DNA from: Cyanophora paradoxa CCMP329
Taxonomy: Eukaryota > Plantae > Glaucophyta
NCBI GenBank assembly: GCA_004431415.1
Contig: QPMI01000181.1
Location: forward strand, 26,299 to 90,298
Reading direction: 5' to 3'
Length of the DNA stretch: 64,000 nucleotides
Shown here: positions 21,201 to 34,139 of the stretch, one piece after another
Numbering within the stretch: the stretch's first letter is position 1
How the letters are laid out: the number at the start of each line of letters is the position of its first letter
Notes under the pieces: model-generated
Told to the model about the DNA's origin: nothing
Databases searched by the model: none
Seen by the model: only the letters and a program-made list of their open reading frames with translations
Translations under genes and position numbers: made by a program

Positions 21201-21743
21201 CGCCGGGGCAGCTGATCTGCTGCCACTCCGGCTTCGGCCGGTGGTTCTTCTGGCAGTACTCGTTCAAAAACGTCTTGGGCGTCTTGCCTGCGCGCGGAGC
21301 GAGGGCCGAAGGCGTCAGGCGCGCGCGATCGCCGCAGGAAGCGTTCTCGGGTCCATCTGCGCACCCGTCCAGTCGCCGAACAGCGTTTTCTGCGAAGCGG
21401 ACGGTCGGATGGACGCGCTGCGGTCGCGCGCACGGCGGTCGCACCCGCTCATCGGGCTTTGGCGGCTCAGTTGGCGGCGGCGTGTCCTTGCCGCCCTTGC
21501 CGCCGGCCTTCTTGCCCTTCTCGGGCTCCGGCGGCGGAGCTGGCTCCTTACCCTTCTTGCCGCCCTTAGCGCTCGCCGGCCTCGCCTCAGCTGCGCGCTC
21601 GGTAGTGAGCGCCTGGCATGCGGTCGGCGGCGGCAGCGCGTCGCGATCCGCGCGCCTTCCTCGGGCTCTTTGCCTTTCTTCTTCGACGAGCTCGACGCGC
21701 TCGAGCTGGTCGCGTAACTCTCCGGGCCCTTCTTCGGGCCCAT
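9856..21743 (-). CDS. DHX57: DEAH-box RNA helicase, DHX57/Ucp12-like (dsRBD-like N-terminus, UBA, RWD, helicase core, HA2/OB); many introns
   Basis: Exons give GETGCGKSTQVPQFILE, CTQPRRISAI, VGYQVRLE, TTGVLLR, DEVHER, MSATIN, ILIFLPG, PLHS, ATNIAETS, QRRGRAGRVRPG, PEMLRVPLEQLCLQI, LTPLGRHLASLPVD, HPGSVN and KVFIRDSS. Also a UBA (LANLGFD...ALDWLMLNVPE), an RWD-like segment (EEELVALESIF) and KTPKTFLNEYCQK. Start MGPKKG at 21743, stop after QVLSQE. Confidence 0.85.
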
Positions 21744-21888
21744 CGCGCGGCGCGCCTCCTCCGCCCTGACTACCGCCTCCGACGCCTCACCTCAATCGGC
21801 TGTGTCTCTCGCGCACGTCGGCTGCTCGCTGGCTTCGCGCTGCGTGGTCTTCTTTCCCGGGTACAGCGCTCGAGCCGGGTACAAGGCG
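21744..21888. promoter_or_regulatory. Probable bidirectional promoter/5'UTR region (145 nt between divergent ATGs)
   Basis: Helicase ATG at 21743 (-) and ATG at 21889 (+). Confidence 0.5.
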
Positions 21889-23711
21889 ATGGAGCCGAAG
21901 GACCACGGGGTCTACTACGGGCAGCTGATGCTGACCCCACGCTTCGGCCTCCCCGTGTTCGCCGTGGTCGTGGCGACGGAGGATCAGCGCCCGCCGAAGG
22001 AACCCATATTCGACAAGTTCGAGCCCGTACTCGACCAGCGGCTACCGTACGCCGACCTCGAAAAGCTGTGCCAGAAGGAACCGGTGCGCGCCGCGCTGCC
22101 GCCGCACATTCGCCCCTCGCATGACCGCTTTCGCGCACATGCGCAGTGGCTGTGTGCACTAGCGGTGGGTGGTGCGTGAGATCGGCGGCTCGCCAGGTCC
22201 CGAAGCCAGCCGCCCGCCGCGCCTAATGTCGGCGCGGTCCGCAGTGAGCGAGGACGCCCCGCCGTGGCAGCGGAAGCTATGGGAAACCCTCATCGACGAA
22301 GAGCTCATTCGCGTGTCGAAGGGATTCCGCGCCTCGGTCTCTAGCAGCGGCGGGGACCGGTACCTGTACTGTGCGCGCCTCGCCCGCGCCCTGGCCATGG
22401 CCGGCGCTGCGGCAGCGCCATTCCGACGCGGGCGGGCCCGAGCGCAGGCGTCCCGTGGCACGCGGCGAGCGGAGCGATGCAGGCGCTCAAGGGCAACGAG
22501 CGCGCAGCCGACTTCGATCTCTTCTGCGTTCTCGCCCCGGGCCCCGCCCCCGCCTCCTCTCCCCGCGGCGGCGGGCTCTCCCGCACAGGCAGCGCTAGCG
22601 CCCGCCCCGCAACCGTCGCCACGCTTTTGGCGGCCAAGAACGCCGCTTCCGCCCCGCCATCCTCCCCCGCCCCCGCCCCCGTCCAGGGCGCCTCCGCCTC
22701 CTCCTCGGCTCCATCCACCGCCCCGGCCGGCGCCGCGGCTTCCAAACCGGCCGAGGCCCCTTCTACGAAGTCCAGGAACCTGCCGGCTTCGATCAAGCCC
22801 AAGCAGCCGGCCCCGGCCGCCAAGCCCCCCGCCCCCTCCACCCCCACCCCCTCCGCCCCGCCCCCTCCGCCCCCGCCCCAACCCCGCCCACCGAACCTGC
22901 CCCTCCGCCCCGCCCCCGCCAAGGCACCCCTAACCCCTCCAATACGCCGTCGCCGTCAGCCTCCCCCCCGCCCTCCGCCGCCCCCAAGCCCTCCGGCCCC
23001 TCCTCTGCTCCTGTCGCCCCGCCCAAGCCCTCCGGCCCCTCGCCCCCCTCCGGCTTGGAGCCCGCACCCTCCCCCCTCACCGGCCCAGCAAAGACCGACA
23101 AGCCTTCCGCTGCCGGCTCCAAGCCGCGAATCGACCCGGCGGCCATCGGCGCCGCGGTGGCCGGCCCCGCGCCGCTCTCGAGGGCGCCAGGAGCGAAGTC
23201 GCTCCCGGCGGGCGGTACATCCAAGCCGGCTCCGCCTCCGGGCGGAATCTCCATACCCCGCACCTCCTCCGCCTCGTCCAGCACTTCCTCCCCCTCCCCC
23301 CGGGGGGAGCCCTCCTCGCCCCTCTCCGCCGACACCGACGGCCCCCGCATCCCCAACGACCGGCTCTCGGCTGCTCTTGGGGAGGCAAAGCGAGCGATCG
23401 AGAGCGGCGCGTACGCACACGCACCCTCGTCCGACTCCCGAGAATCTCCCCCAGTTACGCCCAGGGCCAATCCGGACCCGCCCGTGCCGGCGCCCGCCCA
23501 GCCCCCCGCCGCCCCCTCCGCCCCCGCCCCCGCCCCCGCCCAGGCCCCCCAGCGGCCCGCCTCTCGCCTCCTCCCCTCAGTTCGCCCCTCTGCTGCCTCT
23601 TCCTCCACCTCCGCCCCCACTTCCACCTCCGCCACTGCCCCCGCCTCTGCCCCCTCCACAGATTTGGGCGCCTCCGACGGACCCCCTGCAAAGAAGCCGC
23701 GGTCGAGTTAG
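21889..23711 (+). CDS. Hypothetical protein: short globular N-terminus plus a long Pro/Ala/Ser-rich tail ending in an NLS-like PPAKKPR
   Basis: Exons MEPKDHGVYYGQLML..., VSEDAPPWQRKLWETLIDEEL..., ALKGNERAADFDLFCVL...; a frame change occurs in the C-rich tract near 22950-23050. Confidence 0.55.
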
Positions 23712-24442
23712 CCCCACCTGCAGCTGGCCCTTGCCGGCCGAAGCAGAACTCGGAACGAAACAAATTAAAGGGGCACAGTACGCTTGAGCGACAGATCATA
23801 ATCATACAGAGGGAACAAGTTAGCAAAGAGCTTCCACAGTTTCAATCCTACTCAATCGCAAGCGTTAGTTGCCGCAGTGGTATGAGTGCCAAAATCGGCC
23901 GGGCTATGGAGGCCCTTATACTACTTTGCAATTAAATGATTCTGGCAAATAATGATCCTGATACTACTTTATATGATTCGTATAGATTACAGCGAATAAT
24001 AAAGTACCACGAACTACTGCTTGCGTACGAATACTCATGATCAGCGACTAGGTATAGAACAGCGACTACAAGACAATCGATACCCATCGATAATAAATTT
24101 TCAAACCGTTGAAATACGTGCGTCCTGATTCTATATATCGCATCACTGACAAAATAGATCGTGACATCGCAGGCACTCGGGCCGGGAGGCGAAAATATTA
24201 ACGAGCTGCAAACCATAAGCTTTGCACTGCGGCAGGCTCAAGTCCCGAGTATCCGCAGGCACCTGAGTTCAAACTATCAAACCTTAAGGCTAGTGAGCGT
24301 ACAAAACATAAGCTATTACATTGCAAAATACGACTTTCTGAAGAAAATAACGAAAATGAAGTTGCACAACTATCACCCTTGCTATGATATGTTACACGAT
24401 AACTAATTGCCCAGCTCGAAGAAAGGAAGAGATCTCCTTGGA

Positions 24443-27400
24443 TCAGACGGAATCCGGGTCGACAGGGCGGCGCTCACGGAATACGTTGATCTGTCCTATG
24501 GCCGCGCTGCGCCCCGCGTCCGCCCAGACGCCCGGGGCCGGGGCCGGCCTGGCCCCCGCCGCCGCTGGCGCGGGCGACGCGCCCCCGCGCCAGTCGCCGG
24601 CGGGTACGGGAGATCCCCCCATCGACCGCCTCCGGAGCTCGCGGCGGTACCCCTCAACGACGGGCGGCGCCCGCAGGTTGTCGATGGGGGGCGGGGAGGA
24701 GGACCGTTCCCCTTCGTTCGCAGCTCCGGAGGCGCTGCTGGGGGGCGGGCCGGCGACCATCGAAGGGTCGTAGTGTATCGTGTTGGACATCACGATTGGC
24801 GTCGCGGACGCGTGGAGAAGCAGCTGCGGCGAGTAGCATAAGAGAAGTCTATGCTGGGAGGGGGAGGGTGATAAAGCGGAGAGGGGTACCGGGCCGTGGA
24901 TGTCGTTCGCCTCGAGAAGGCCCTTCGAGCCCGCGGCGAACTCCACCGCCGGGATTAGATCCCGCGCGGGCGTCTGATCCTCGGCGGGTTGCGGTCCGCG
25001 GGGGGTACGCCACGAGGCGCCGCCGACGCCGCCCGGCGCGCCGCCGCCGGCGGTCCGGAGGCGGTTCCCCCGGGCCGCGATGTCGCCCCCGTCCCCCACA
25101 AGAAGGGCGGACCCCCCGACAGAACACAGGCTGTTGCCCTACCCCCCGCGAAGAATCAGCGGAGCGAGCGAGCGGGGAACGAAAAAGGGGAAGCTCACGT
25201 CGATCTCCACCCTCGACTCCGCGATGCGTACCCCCCTCCGGCACTGGTCGACGATGGAATTCTGCGGCAGGCGAAGAGTTGGGGAGGGCACGACATGGGA
25301 GGGGGGTACGGCTCACCTGCAGCGAGCCGGAGGAACGTTCCTCGAAAAAGACGGCGTCCCCCGAAATGAACCGAAACTCGCACTCCCTCGCCGCCGCCTC
25401 CGCGCCGCGCTGCGTGGGGTACGTCGTTCAGAAGAAACCCGACGGCGTACCCCGCCCGCCCAACTGAAAACCGTACCCGGGCGCCCACGCCGGCGGACGA
25501 GTTGGACACAGAGCACTTGTGAGCGGCCAGCGAGGCGCCGGGGCCCTGGAGGGGGGTACGGCCCGCTCAGGGCGCGCCCCAGGCAGGCAGGGCTTGATCG
25601 GGGCGGGGCGGGGCGGGCCGGCGCGCCTGGGACAGCATGGAAGCGGCGCCCCGGACGTTGAAGAGTGTGCAGCCGCGCAGCTCGGTACGGCCCTTGTCCG
25701 AAGCGAGGGATCCCACCCTGCCGCCCGGGCGTTGGACGGGGGCGGGCGGGCGAGCGGGCGGGGCGGAGGAGAGGCGGGGTACTGCAATGCGCACTCGCAG
25801 TCGTGGATCGTGCAGGCCTTGAGGGTGGTCGTACCCCTGTGCGCCGCCAGGGCGCCGACCTGGGGGGAAGGAAGCGGTTGGCAGGGGAGTACGCGAAGAG
25901 GGCGGCGGGGGAGGGGGGTACAGGGCGCACCCGCAGATCGCAGAAGTCGGTGCGCTCGAGGGTCGCGCTGGCGCCCTGCGGGGAGGATCAGCGGGGGGTA
26001 CAGCGGCGGACATTCAGGGGGGTACAGGCACGCACGGCGTTGCAGACGACGCCCCAGCCTGAGGGGCTACCGCCGCTTTCGGCGCAGCGGAGGCGGCAGG
26101 CGGTGAGGGAGGCGTTCGTCCCGGGCCCGTCGAGCTGCGCGCGGGGGGGGTACCGATAAGCTCGAAGGTACCGGGGGTACTGCAGCCGTGCGCACCAGGA
26201 TGCAGCACGAGTCGGGCTGACACGCGATCTGCGGGGGCACGGGCTCAGCAAAGGAGGGGGGGAAGGATGTCGCGGGGGGTACAGCGGGCCTCGACATCGG
26301 TGAGCTTGAGGGCTCCGTTGACGACGTGGAGGGCCCCCGTCTGCCAGGGGTACGTCGCTTCCGCGGGAGGCTCCGGGGTAGAGGAGCCGGAGCCCGGGGC
26401 GGATCCGGAGGGCACGACCAGGGGCGGGAGGCCGCCGGGGGTACCGGAATCGGCGTCGGCGACGTTGATGGATGGCAGACGACCGAGGGACTGGAAGACG
26501 GGGGAGGGGCGGGGGAGCAGGCGGCCGGGGAGGGAGGTGAAGACGGAGGGCTCGGGGGGCGCCAGTGGGGGCTCGGTGCTGGGGGCGCGGGGGGGTAGGC
26601 TGCCGAAGGACGCGATGGCGAGCGAGGAGCGGCGGGAGCCGGGGGCCGAGGACGTGGAAACGGAGGATCGCCCGGACAGGCGGGGTACGTCGAGGGAAGA
26701 AGTGGGGGAGCCGGAGAGTACCCCCCCCGGGAGCACAGACATGGACCGGGGCCGTCCGAGGGGCGGCCGGGCCCGGGGCGCCGCGGCGGCCGCCGGCGCG
26801 TCCAGCTCGGGGGTACACTGCTCGACCTCCGCGTGCTCGGAGCCCTCGGGGGGTACCGCCCGCAGCGTCAGGTTCTGAAAACTGCGGCGGAAGGGAGATT
26901 GAGGGGGAGGAGAGGGAGCCCCCAGGGGTACAACCGTACGGAAAAGCGCGCACGTCACGGTGGGGGCATCGATGCGGAGGGCGCGGGGCCCCGAGAACTC
27001 AATCGTGACGTCACCGCTGGCTTCGCCCATGCCGGCCACCGTGCAGCTCCGCATCAGCGTACCCGCCTCCTCGCGGTAGGTCCCCGGCGCGAGGTAGACC
27101 GTGCCTCCTGCGCGGCGCGGCGCGGCCGGCCGGCCGAGAGTCAGCGCTCTGACTCGACCTCCGGGCGGATCAAATCTTGCGAGGCGCGTGCGCTCTAGAT
27201 CTCGCCTTGGTTGACCGCGGCGAGCCCATCGCCGAGGGTACGGAAGTAGTTCGGACCAGAAGCGTCCTCGCGCAGCGTGACGAAGACTGGCGCGCGGATC
27301 GGAGGCGGTGACAGGTCAGAACGCGATGGGCGAATTCGAACACGCGTGCGGCGAAGGGCGCGGGGCACCATTAAGCAGCGCCCGGCGCGACGGGCGGCGC

Positions 27401-27749
27401 GGGCTCTGTGAGTTCACTTCAGTTCGAGGCGCGGTTCGCGACGGCGGGCCAGGCCTCACCGCGGCTGCCAACACCTGGGCTTCCTGCGCCTTCGAACTGA
27501 AGGCGCTGAGAGAGGAGAAGGACACCGGCGCCTCCTGCGCCTTCGAACTGAACGAAGATTCCTGCCGTGGCTGCGCCGCACGTGCGCAACTGTTAGCCCA
27601 GAGCCCTGGACTCGGGAACACTCGCTCCGATCCTGCGGCAATTGCAATGGCGCAGGGAGGGCCGCCCGGGCCGGGGCGCGCACCAACGGCGAGCGTGTCG
27701 GCTTGCTCGCGCCCCCTCGGAGACCGTTCCAGAATGCCTCGTCGCTCAT
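24443..27749 (-). CDS. Right-handed beta-helix (pectin-lyase-fold) repeat protein, multi-exon
   Basis: YFRTLGDGLAAV...GTVYLAPGTYREE...VTIEF...FQNLTL, GALHVVNGALKLTDVE, ASLTACRLR, TTTLKACTIHDCE and TELRGCTLFN. Start uncertain. Confidence 0.6.
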
Positions 27750-28898
27750 GGTGCCTGCTGCGCTCTAATCGCGGCCGGGCGGGCGGTCACAGGATCCGGA
27801 TCCGGAAATCGATCGCTGCCGCGGCCGCTCGGGGGCCTCGGGAATGGGTTCAAAGGCTCTCCGCGCACCCCACTAATGGCGAACAACGTCGGGCGAGCAC
27901 CGGGGCACGAGGCCGCAGGGAAGACAGCCGAGAGCCCGCTTAAGGAACTAAGCTTGAGCTGCCAGCGCTTTCCACAGCCTCCCAGGCCTTGACTACCGCG
28001 GTAGGCCGGCTGCAGAGTGCAGCGGCAACTTTGTGCCGCTTCTTGCTGCCGCAATGCGTTGCCTGCAGACTGCAGCTTGAGCCGCGAAGCCTCCGGGCAC
28101 GGGGGTACCCGGTGACCGATCCGAGCGTCGTCTGAATGATTGGACAGCGAGTTGATAAAAAAAGGCTCAACTTGAAGGCCTCTCTCCGGAGTCCGCCGCA
28201 GAGCGGCAGAGCCGCAGAGGCCCGCATGCGCAGTCCGCCCAACCGCGACGTTACCGCAGCGCTAGCCGTGTGGCCCGTGTTCGATCGCGATCCCGACGCG
28301 CGCCGCGGCCGCCGCGGGCGCGCACGCGGCGCCGGCGGCTCAAATATTAATCAACCCTAGATTTAGATTCTGGAGTCTAGACCAACTGCAAGCCTTTGAA
28401 GGCTAGCCTAGTACTAGTAGACGTCGCGCGGCCTCGCGCCCGTCGCCACCACTCAGCGGCTCAGCTTCAAGTCAGCGAAGCATTCCTTTCGCAGACTTCA
28501 AATTCGCCCGGCCTTGATGAGTCCCTTGACTCTCGCCAGTGTCGCCACGTGCACCCCTGTCTTTTCAGGTTTCAGCGCGAGCTCGATCGCGAGCACGTGC
28601 GTTCGAGTTTGGGCTTTCAGATTTCTCGAGTTGCACTTTGTCCTGCTAAACTCTACTATAATCCGAGAGGCTTGAAGCTAGGACCTAGGATCCCGGCCCG
28701 GAGCCCTGGGTTCGAATTTGATTCTCTCGATCGCGAGGCTTGCGCATGCGCTCGCGGCCCGCGCGCTCGAGCTCGGTGGGCCCGCGCGCGCGCGGAGGAC
28801 CTGATGGGCAGATAGATTCCCGGGCCCATGCTTGAGCTTCAGAAGGCTCCTTTGCCGACGGCCGCGGCCGCGCGCACGCAGCGTCACGCAGCTCATGA

Positions 28899-31764
28899 TC
28901 AGGGCGGGGCGCAGGGCCCCGTCTTGGTGAAGCGGGCGAGAAAGAAGCCCGGCAGGTCGCTCCCGGACTGCGAACGAAGGGCGAAGGGGAAAAAGTCAGG
29001 CGGGGAAAAGGCGAGCGAGGGGAGAGGGGGGAGGGCGCGCCCCGTCCGACGGGTCGAACCGCTGCACCAGGCGCGCCTCCTCCTCGCTCAGGCCGGCGTT
29101 GGGGAGGGCCTGATCGCCGACTCAGAGAGACTTGACGAGGAGATTGGAGCCTAAGTAAGCAACAAGTAGCGGACCGGGCCCCCCACGCGGGGCTCCGCGG
29201 GTTCGAGTCGCAGCGGGAACGTATCCAGCGCGTGCCGGACCTGCCTCGCGATCGGTTTGTCAGTGGTTTGGCCGCGGCGAGCGAGAATCTCGGAGATCCA
29301 CGATCGCGATCGCGGACCATCATCTCGTTCTCGAGGGGGCTGATCGTGCACGTCGAGAAGACGAGCGTACCCCCGACCTTCAGCACCCGAACCTGCACGC
29401 GGGGTGCGGGCATCGGACGGGGGAAGGAGCCGCAACCCCGGGCGATATCGATGGGGTGGCGCCGGAGCCGCTCGTCCAGCCCGCTCGCGGTCGAGCTGGC
29501 GTCCGGCCGATGTCTAGCCCTCGTCAAGCGCAGTCTAGCTAGCCTCGTCGAGCCCAGTCTAGCCTCGGGCGGGGCGGGGCGGGCGCACGGCGGCCCAGAG
29601 GAGGGCGCGCTGGTACTCCGCGTGCTTGCGCAGCTCCGCGGGGGTGATGTCCTCGTCCAGCTTCGGCCGCAGGCCTGCGAAGGAGGAGGAGGAGGGTACG
29701 CTTCAGCGGGGCTTGGCTGCAGGCCCGGGCTGCGGGTCTAGGCTGCGGGCTGGGCCTGGGCCTAGGACCGTCCAGGTCAAGGGCGAGTTCATCCTAAAGC
29801 GGGCCTTGGCCAAATCCACGAGGGCCGCTGGAACGCGTCCAGAAGCCGCGAGGGGGCCCGGAAGGGGAGGAAGGGGAGGGGGGGGAGGCGAGTTGAGCTT
29901 GAGGTTTCTTGTGCCAGATAGCTGGCTTAGAGAGAGGGCGCGGGCGGGGGCGGGGCGGGGGCGGCCATCGGCCGCGCGCATGCGCACCGAGGGCGGAGCA
30001 GGGGGGGTCGAGGAGGACGCGGTCGAACCACTCGTCCGGGAAGCCGGTCCTCCCGTAGTCGTGCCCCTCCGCCTGGGGGGTACCCTCGCTCGGCTTGAGC
30101 GGCGCGGCAGCGAAGGCGGAGGCTCTAGGGCTCTAGATTCGGGCGCTGCCCGGGGCGCCCCGCCCCCCCCGCACCTCGGGTCCCTCCCTCGGCAGAGCCG
30201 CCTCCTCCGCCGGCGTCCGCTGCGGCGCGAGGGGAGGATAAGGGGGGGGAAGATCCGGGGGGGTACGCGTACCTTGCGGGATGCCTTCGTGGCGTCCAAC
30301 CGGAGGGCGCGGATGCACTTGATCCCGAGGGAGGCCGCCGTACCCGCGATCACGTCCGCCTTGGGGGGTACGTTGGCGGATTTTTTTTGAATGGGGGCAT
30401 TCGTCGGGGTACAGGCCACCTTGGATTTCGTTCGGTCGAGTGCGTAGACGACGCCCTTGTCCCCCATCAGCTGCGCGATGTGCGTCGTCTTGCCTGACAG
30501 GGGGGGTACGCGGATTCAGTTTGCTGTGGAGTGCGAAGGGCGGCCGGTCGGGGGGAGGTGGGGGGTTACCGCCGGGGGCCGCGCATGCGTCCAGAATCCT
30601 CTCTCCGGGCTGAGGCTGATGGGCCGGGGAGGGGAAAGCGAGCGTGAGAGGAGGGGGGTAGAGAGAAACAAGCGATGCGGGGTACAGGTGCGGACATTCA
30701 GGACGTGGGCGACGACGGCGGAAGGCAGGTTCTGCAGGTACATTAGGCCCTCCAGTACCCCGTTCATTCCTGCCGGCGGGGTACATGAAAGCGTTAGCTC
30801 GAAGGGTACGGGAGGGGTACGTGTACTGAGTTACTGTACCGGGCGCGTTGTGGACGCGCTCCGTGAATCGGACGGCGCAGCCGCTCGTAGCACGGAAGAT
30901 TTCAGAGCGGGACTGGGGTACGGGATTGCGTCGGGGAAGGGGGCGCGAGATTCTTCGCGGACGGGACGGGGGGTACCATCTCCGCGATCCCGTTGCCGAG
31001 GAAGATGTCGCCGTACCCCCTGTCGACGATGGCCCCCCGCAGCGATCGCATCTTCACGTCGACGCAGACGGATACCGTGTCTCCGGCGCTGACTGCGGGG
31101 GCGGGTTGGGGCGTGCGGGCGCAGAGCTAGGGCCGGGCCGCACTGTTCCGTTCGGCCGCGAGGACGCCGGGGGCGTACAGTTCCGCCCCGCGCATGAGCG
31201 CCTCTCCGGTCTTGCGAGTGACGACCACCTCTGCGGCCGCGGGCGCTCAGCCCGTCGCGAGCAAGCTGCGGCGGCGGGGCGCGCGGCCGGCAGATCGAAC
31301 CCGGGTAGGACCGCGAGGGGCGCTGCGAGGAGCCGGACGGGATGACGATCATGTCGCTCAGGACGGGGTGCGGCTGCGCTCGGAACTGCGGCCGCGCGTG
31401 GGTCGCTGGTTAGGCTGAGCGCGATCGGCGGGTCCGGTGTGCGGGGCCCTAGCGCTAGCCGCGGGTTGCGCGCGGCGGTCTAGTTGCACGCGTCGCGCTC
31501 GGCATGTCGCACCTCGGTCGCCGCGAGGTGCTCGTTGAGGCGCGCGATGAGCTCCTCCCGCGTGGTTCGCAGTGTGTTCGTGCGGATCGTGGTGTGCGCC
31601 GGCGGCACCGCCAGCATCTTCAGCAGCCGCTCGAGGCGCTCCTCGCTGTAGTACTGCAGGAAGAACGCCCGAACCTCGGGGTGAAGCTCTAGGGCCGTCC
31701 CCGCCGGTCCCGAGGCAACTGCCGCCTGTTCCGCGGTCGACGTGCTGTCCCCGGCGCCCTGCAT
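28899..31764 (-). CDS. NSUN6: tRNA m5C methyltransferase NSUN6-like (PUA + RsmB/NOP2 domain)
   Basis: PPAHTTIRTNTL, GEALMRGAELYAPGVL (PUA), [75 protein letters not shown] and GFFLARFTK. Confidence 0.9.
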
Positions 31765-31840
31765 CGCTCGGCTGGCGAGTTCGGGGGCTGCGCCGATTTG
31801 GCGCCGTACCCCCAGTTCAGCACAGGTGCCACAGGATAGG
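31765..31840. promoter_or_regulatory. Very short divergent intergenic region (76 nt ATG-to-ATG)
   Basis: NSUN6 ATG at 31764 (-) and PTGES2 ATG at 31841 (+). Confidence 0.5.
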
Positions 31841-34139
31841 ATGTTTGCGCAGGCCTCCCGCGCGTCGACGGTGCTGGCGGCTGCCAGGAAAGAGGTGAGA
31901 GCGCGCAGGCGGCACCGCCCGGCCGGGGGCCTCGACAGGCGACGAAGCGACGAGCGCCGGGATGACCGAGCGCCGCGCAGGCGTCAGCGGTCGCGCGGCG
32001 GCTGCAGCCGTACCGCACGTACTCCGGCGGCTACGCAGCGGGCGGCCCCGCGGCCGCGCAGGCGGGCTGGTCGCCGCTCAGCAAACTCCTCGCGGGCGCG
32101 CTCCTCGTCGGGTCGGTGGCCGCTCCGACGTCCGCCTTCGCTTGGTTCGATCGGAAGAAGTCCACGTCTGCGTCCGCGGACTTCGGAGACCGCCTCGGTC
32201 CCGTCACATTCCAGGTCCGCGGCGCGGCACGCGCGCCGCCCCAGCCCGCCGGGGGCCGCGGAACAACGCGACCGGAGTCATTCGTGGCCGCTGGCGGACG
32301 CTCGCGCCCTCCTTGCGCTTAGCTACGGCCCGCGCCGCTTGCCCGAGGGCCGGCCGGCTCTCGACGCTTCGCTTCGCCGCGGACTGACGGCGCCTCTCCG
32401 CGGCAGGACGTCGAAGTCGTTCTCTACCAGTATGACTCCTGCCCTTACTGTGCGCGCGCGCGCCGCCTCCTCCGCCGCCGCCGCCTTCCCTCTTCCCCGC
32501 ACTCTCTGACCGCCGGTCCTCGCGCAGGCAACAAGGGTGGGCGCCGCGGCAGCGATACCCTTCCCTTCCCGTACCCCTTGCTTAGCCTCTCGCTTTCGCA
32601 GTCAAGGCGTACCTGGACTACCACAAGATCGTGCGTACCCCCCCTCGTCTCGGGCCGGTCGCCGTACCCCGCCGCGCCCCGCCGACGCGCCCCGCCCCGG
32701 CAGCCGTACAAGGTGGTGGAGGTGAACCCTATGTACAAGAGGGAGATCAAATGGTCCCTGAAGTACCAGAAGGTGCGAACGAAAAGAGGCCGGCTCCGGG
32801 CATGCGCAGGGGGCGCTGACGTCCGCGGGGTACCGCAATTCCGAATGCGCAGGTCCCCATCCTGACGGTGAATGGAGAGGCGCTCATCGAATCCTCGCGC
32901 ATCATCGACGATCTCGACGAGATGATGCACGCAAAGGCCGCCAGGTCCGATTCGAACCGATCGGTTTCTACTGGCGCCTGCCAACGGAAGCGCCCGTGTA
33001 CCCCCGCGCAGCCTCAAGATGAAGGCGCCCAAGATGACCGCCGATGAGGAGGAAGAGGAGCGCAAGTGGCGGCTCTGGGCCGACAGCCACTACGGTACCC
33101 CCCTCCCGCTTCTACACCTTTGTGTATTCCTGTGCCCCTTCCGAGCCCGCTCCTCGTACCCCAGTGCACAGCTTGAGCCCTAACATCTACCGGACGATGG
33201 AAGAGGCGTACCAGGTACCCCCCAACCCGGCTGCCTCTTCCTCCCCACCCCCCCCCACCCCCCCACCCCCCCGCCTAACGCGGAGTACAGGCCTTCGAGT
33301 ACATTTCGAAGAACGGAAACTTCGGCTGGTGGGACCGCGAGACGGGTACGCGATCCTGACGGGGTCCCGGGGGGGGGGCGAAGGGGGGTACCCAATTTAA
33401 GTTCTTTGTCTCATTACCTCCCTTCCCCGCCCCCCCCTCTCCTTCCCACCCTCAGCCCGGTACTTCGGGATGGTTGCCATGTACATGGTGCGTCGCGTAC
33501 CCCTCCTTTCCGGTACCCCCCTCCCCTGACGCCTTGTCTACCCCTCCAGATCGGCTGGAACATCGCGCGCAAGCACGGCTGGAGCGACGTCCGCTCCGTC
33601 CTTTACGAGGTGCCGTACCCCCTCTCCCAACACCGCGAGGGACCCGCGCTCTTCCTGCTTCCTGATCCCTGTACCCCCCTCCAGGCGACGGATCAGTTCA
33701 TCGACGCGATCGGCCCGAACCGGCCCTTCCTGGGGGGTAACCGCCCCAACAAGGCCGACCTGGTACCCGCGCTGCTCTCCGCACACCGTACCCCCCCTTA
33801 AGTCCTCCGCAGGCGATGTTCGGAATGACGCGCGCGATCGAGGGCCTCGAGTGCGCCCATACTTCCCAGACTCTCCCCGTACCCGTGCTGACCTGCTCGC
33901 TCGAAAAGCACCTGGAAGGATTTGATGCAGAACACGAGGATGCAGGGCTGGTACGTGCGCATGCAGGACACGGTCGGGCCCTCCTCCCGCGTGCGCAATC
34001 CCGTACCCCCCTGAGCAACCTGTACCCCCCTCCCCCTGAGCTCTGGCCCCCGCAGGTCAAGGGGGAGCCGACGGTGGAGCCGGCGGCCTCGAAGGGACAC
34101 TACGTCGCGTCGATTCGGGACGCCTCGCGGCCCCAGTAG
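31841..34139 (+). CDS. PTGES2: Prostaglandin E synthase 2-like glutaredoxin/GST protein with a probable mitochondrial presequence
   Basis: VVLYQYDSCPYCNKVKAYLDY, PYKVVEVNPM, VPILTVNGE..ESSRIID, KWRLWAD, LSPNIYRT, FLGGNRPNKADL and WYVRM. Confidence 0.9.
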
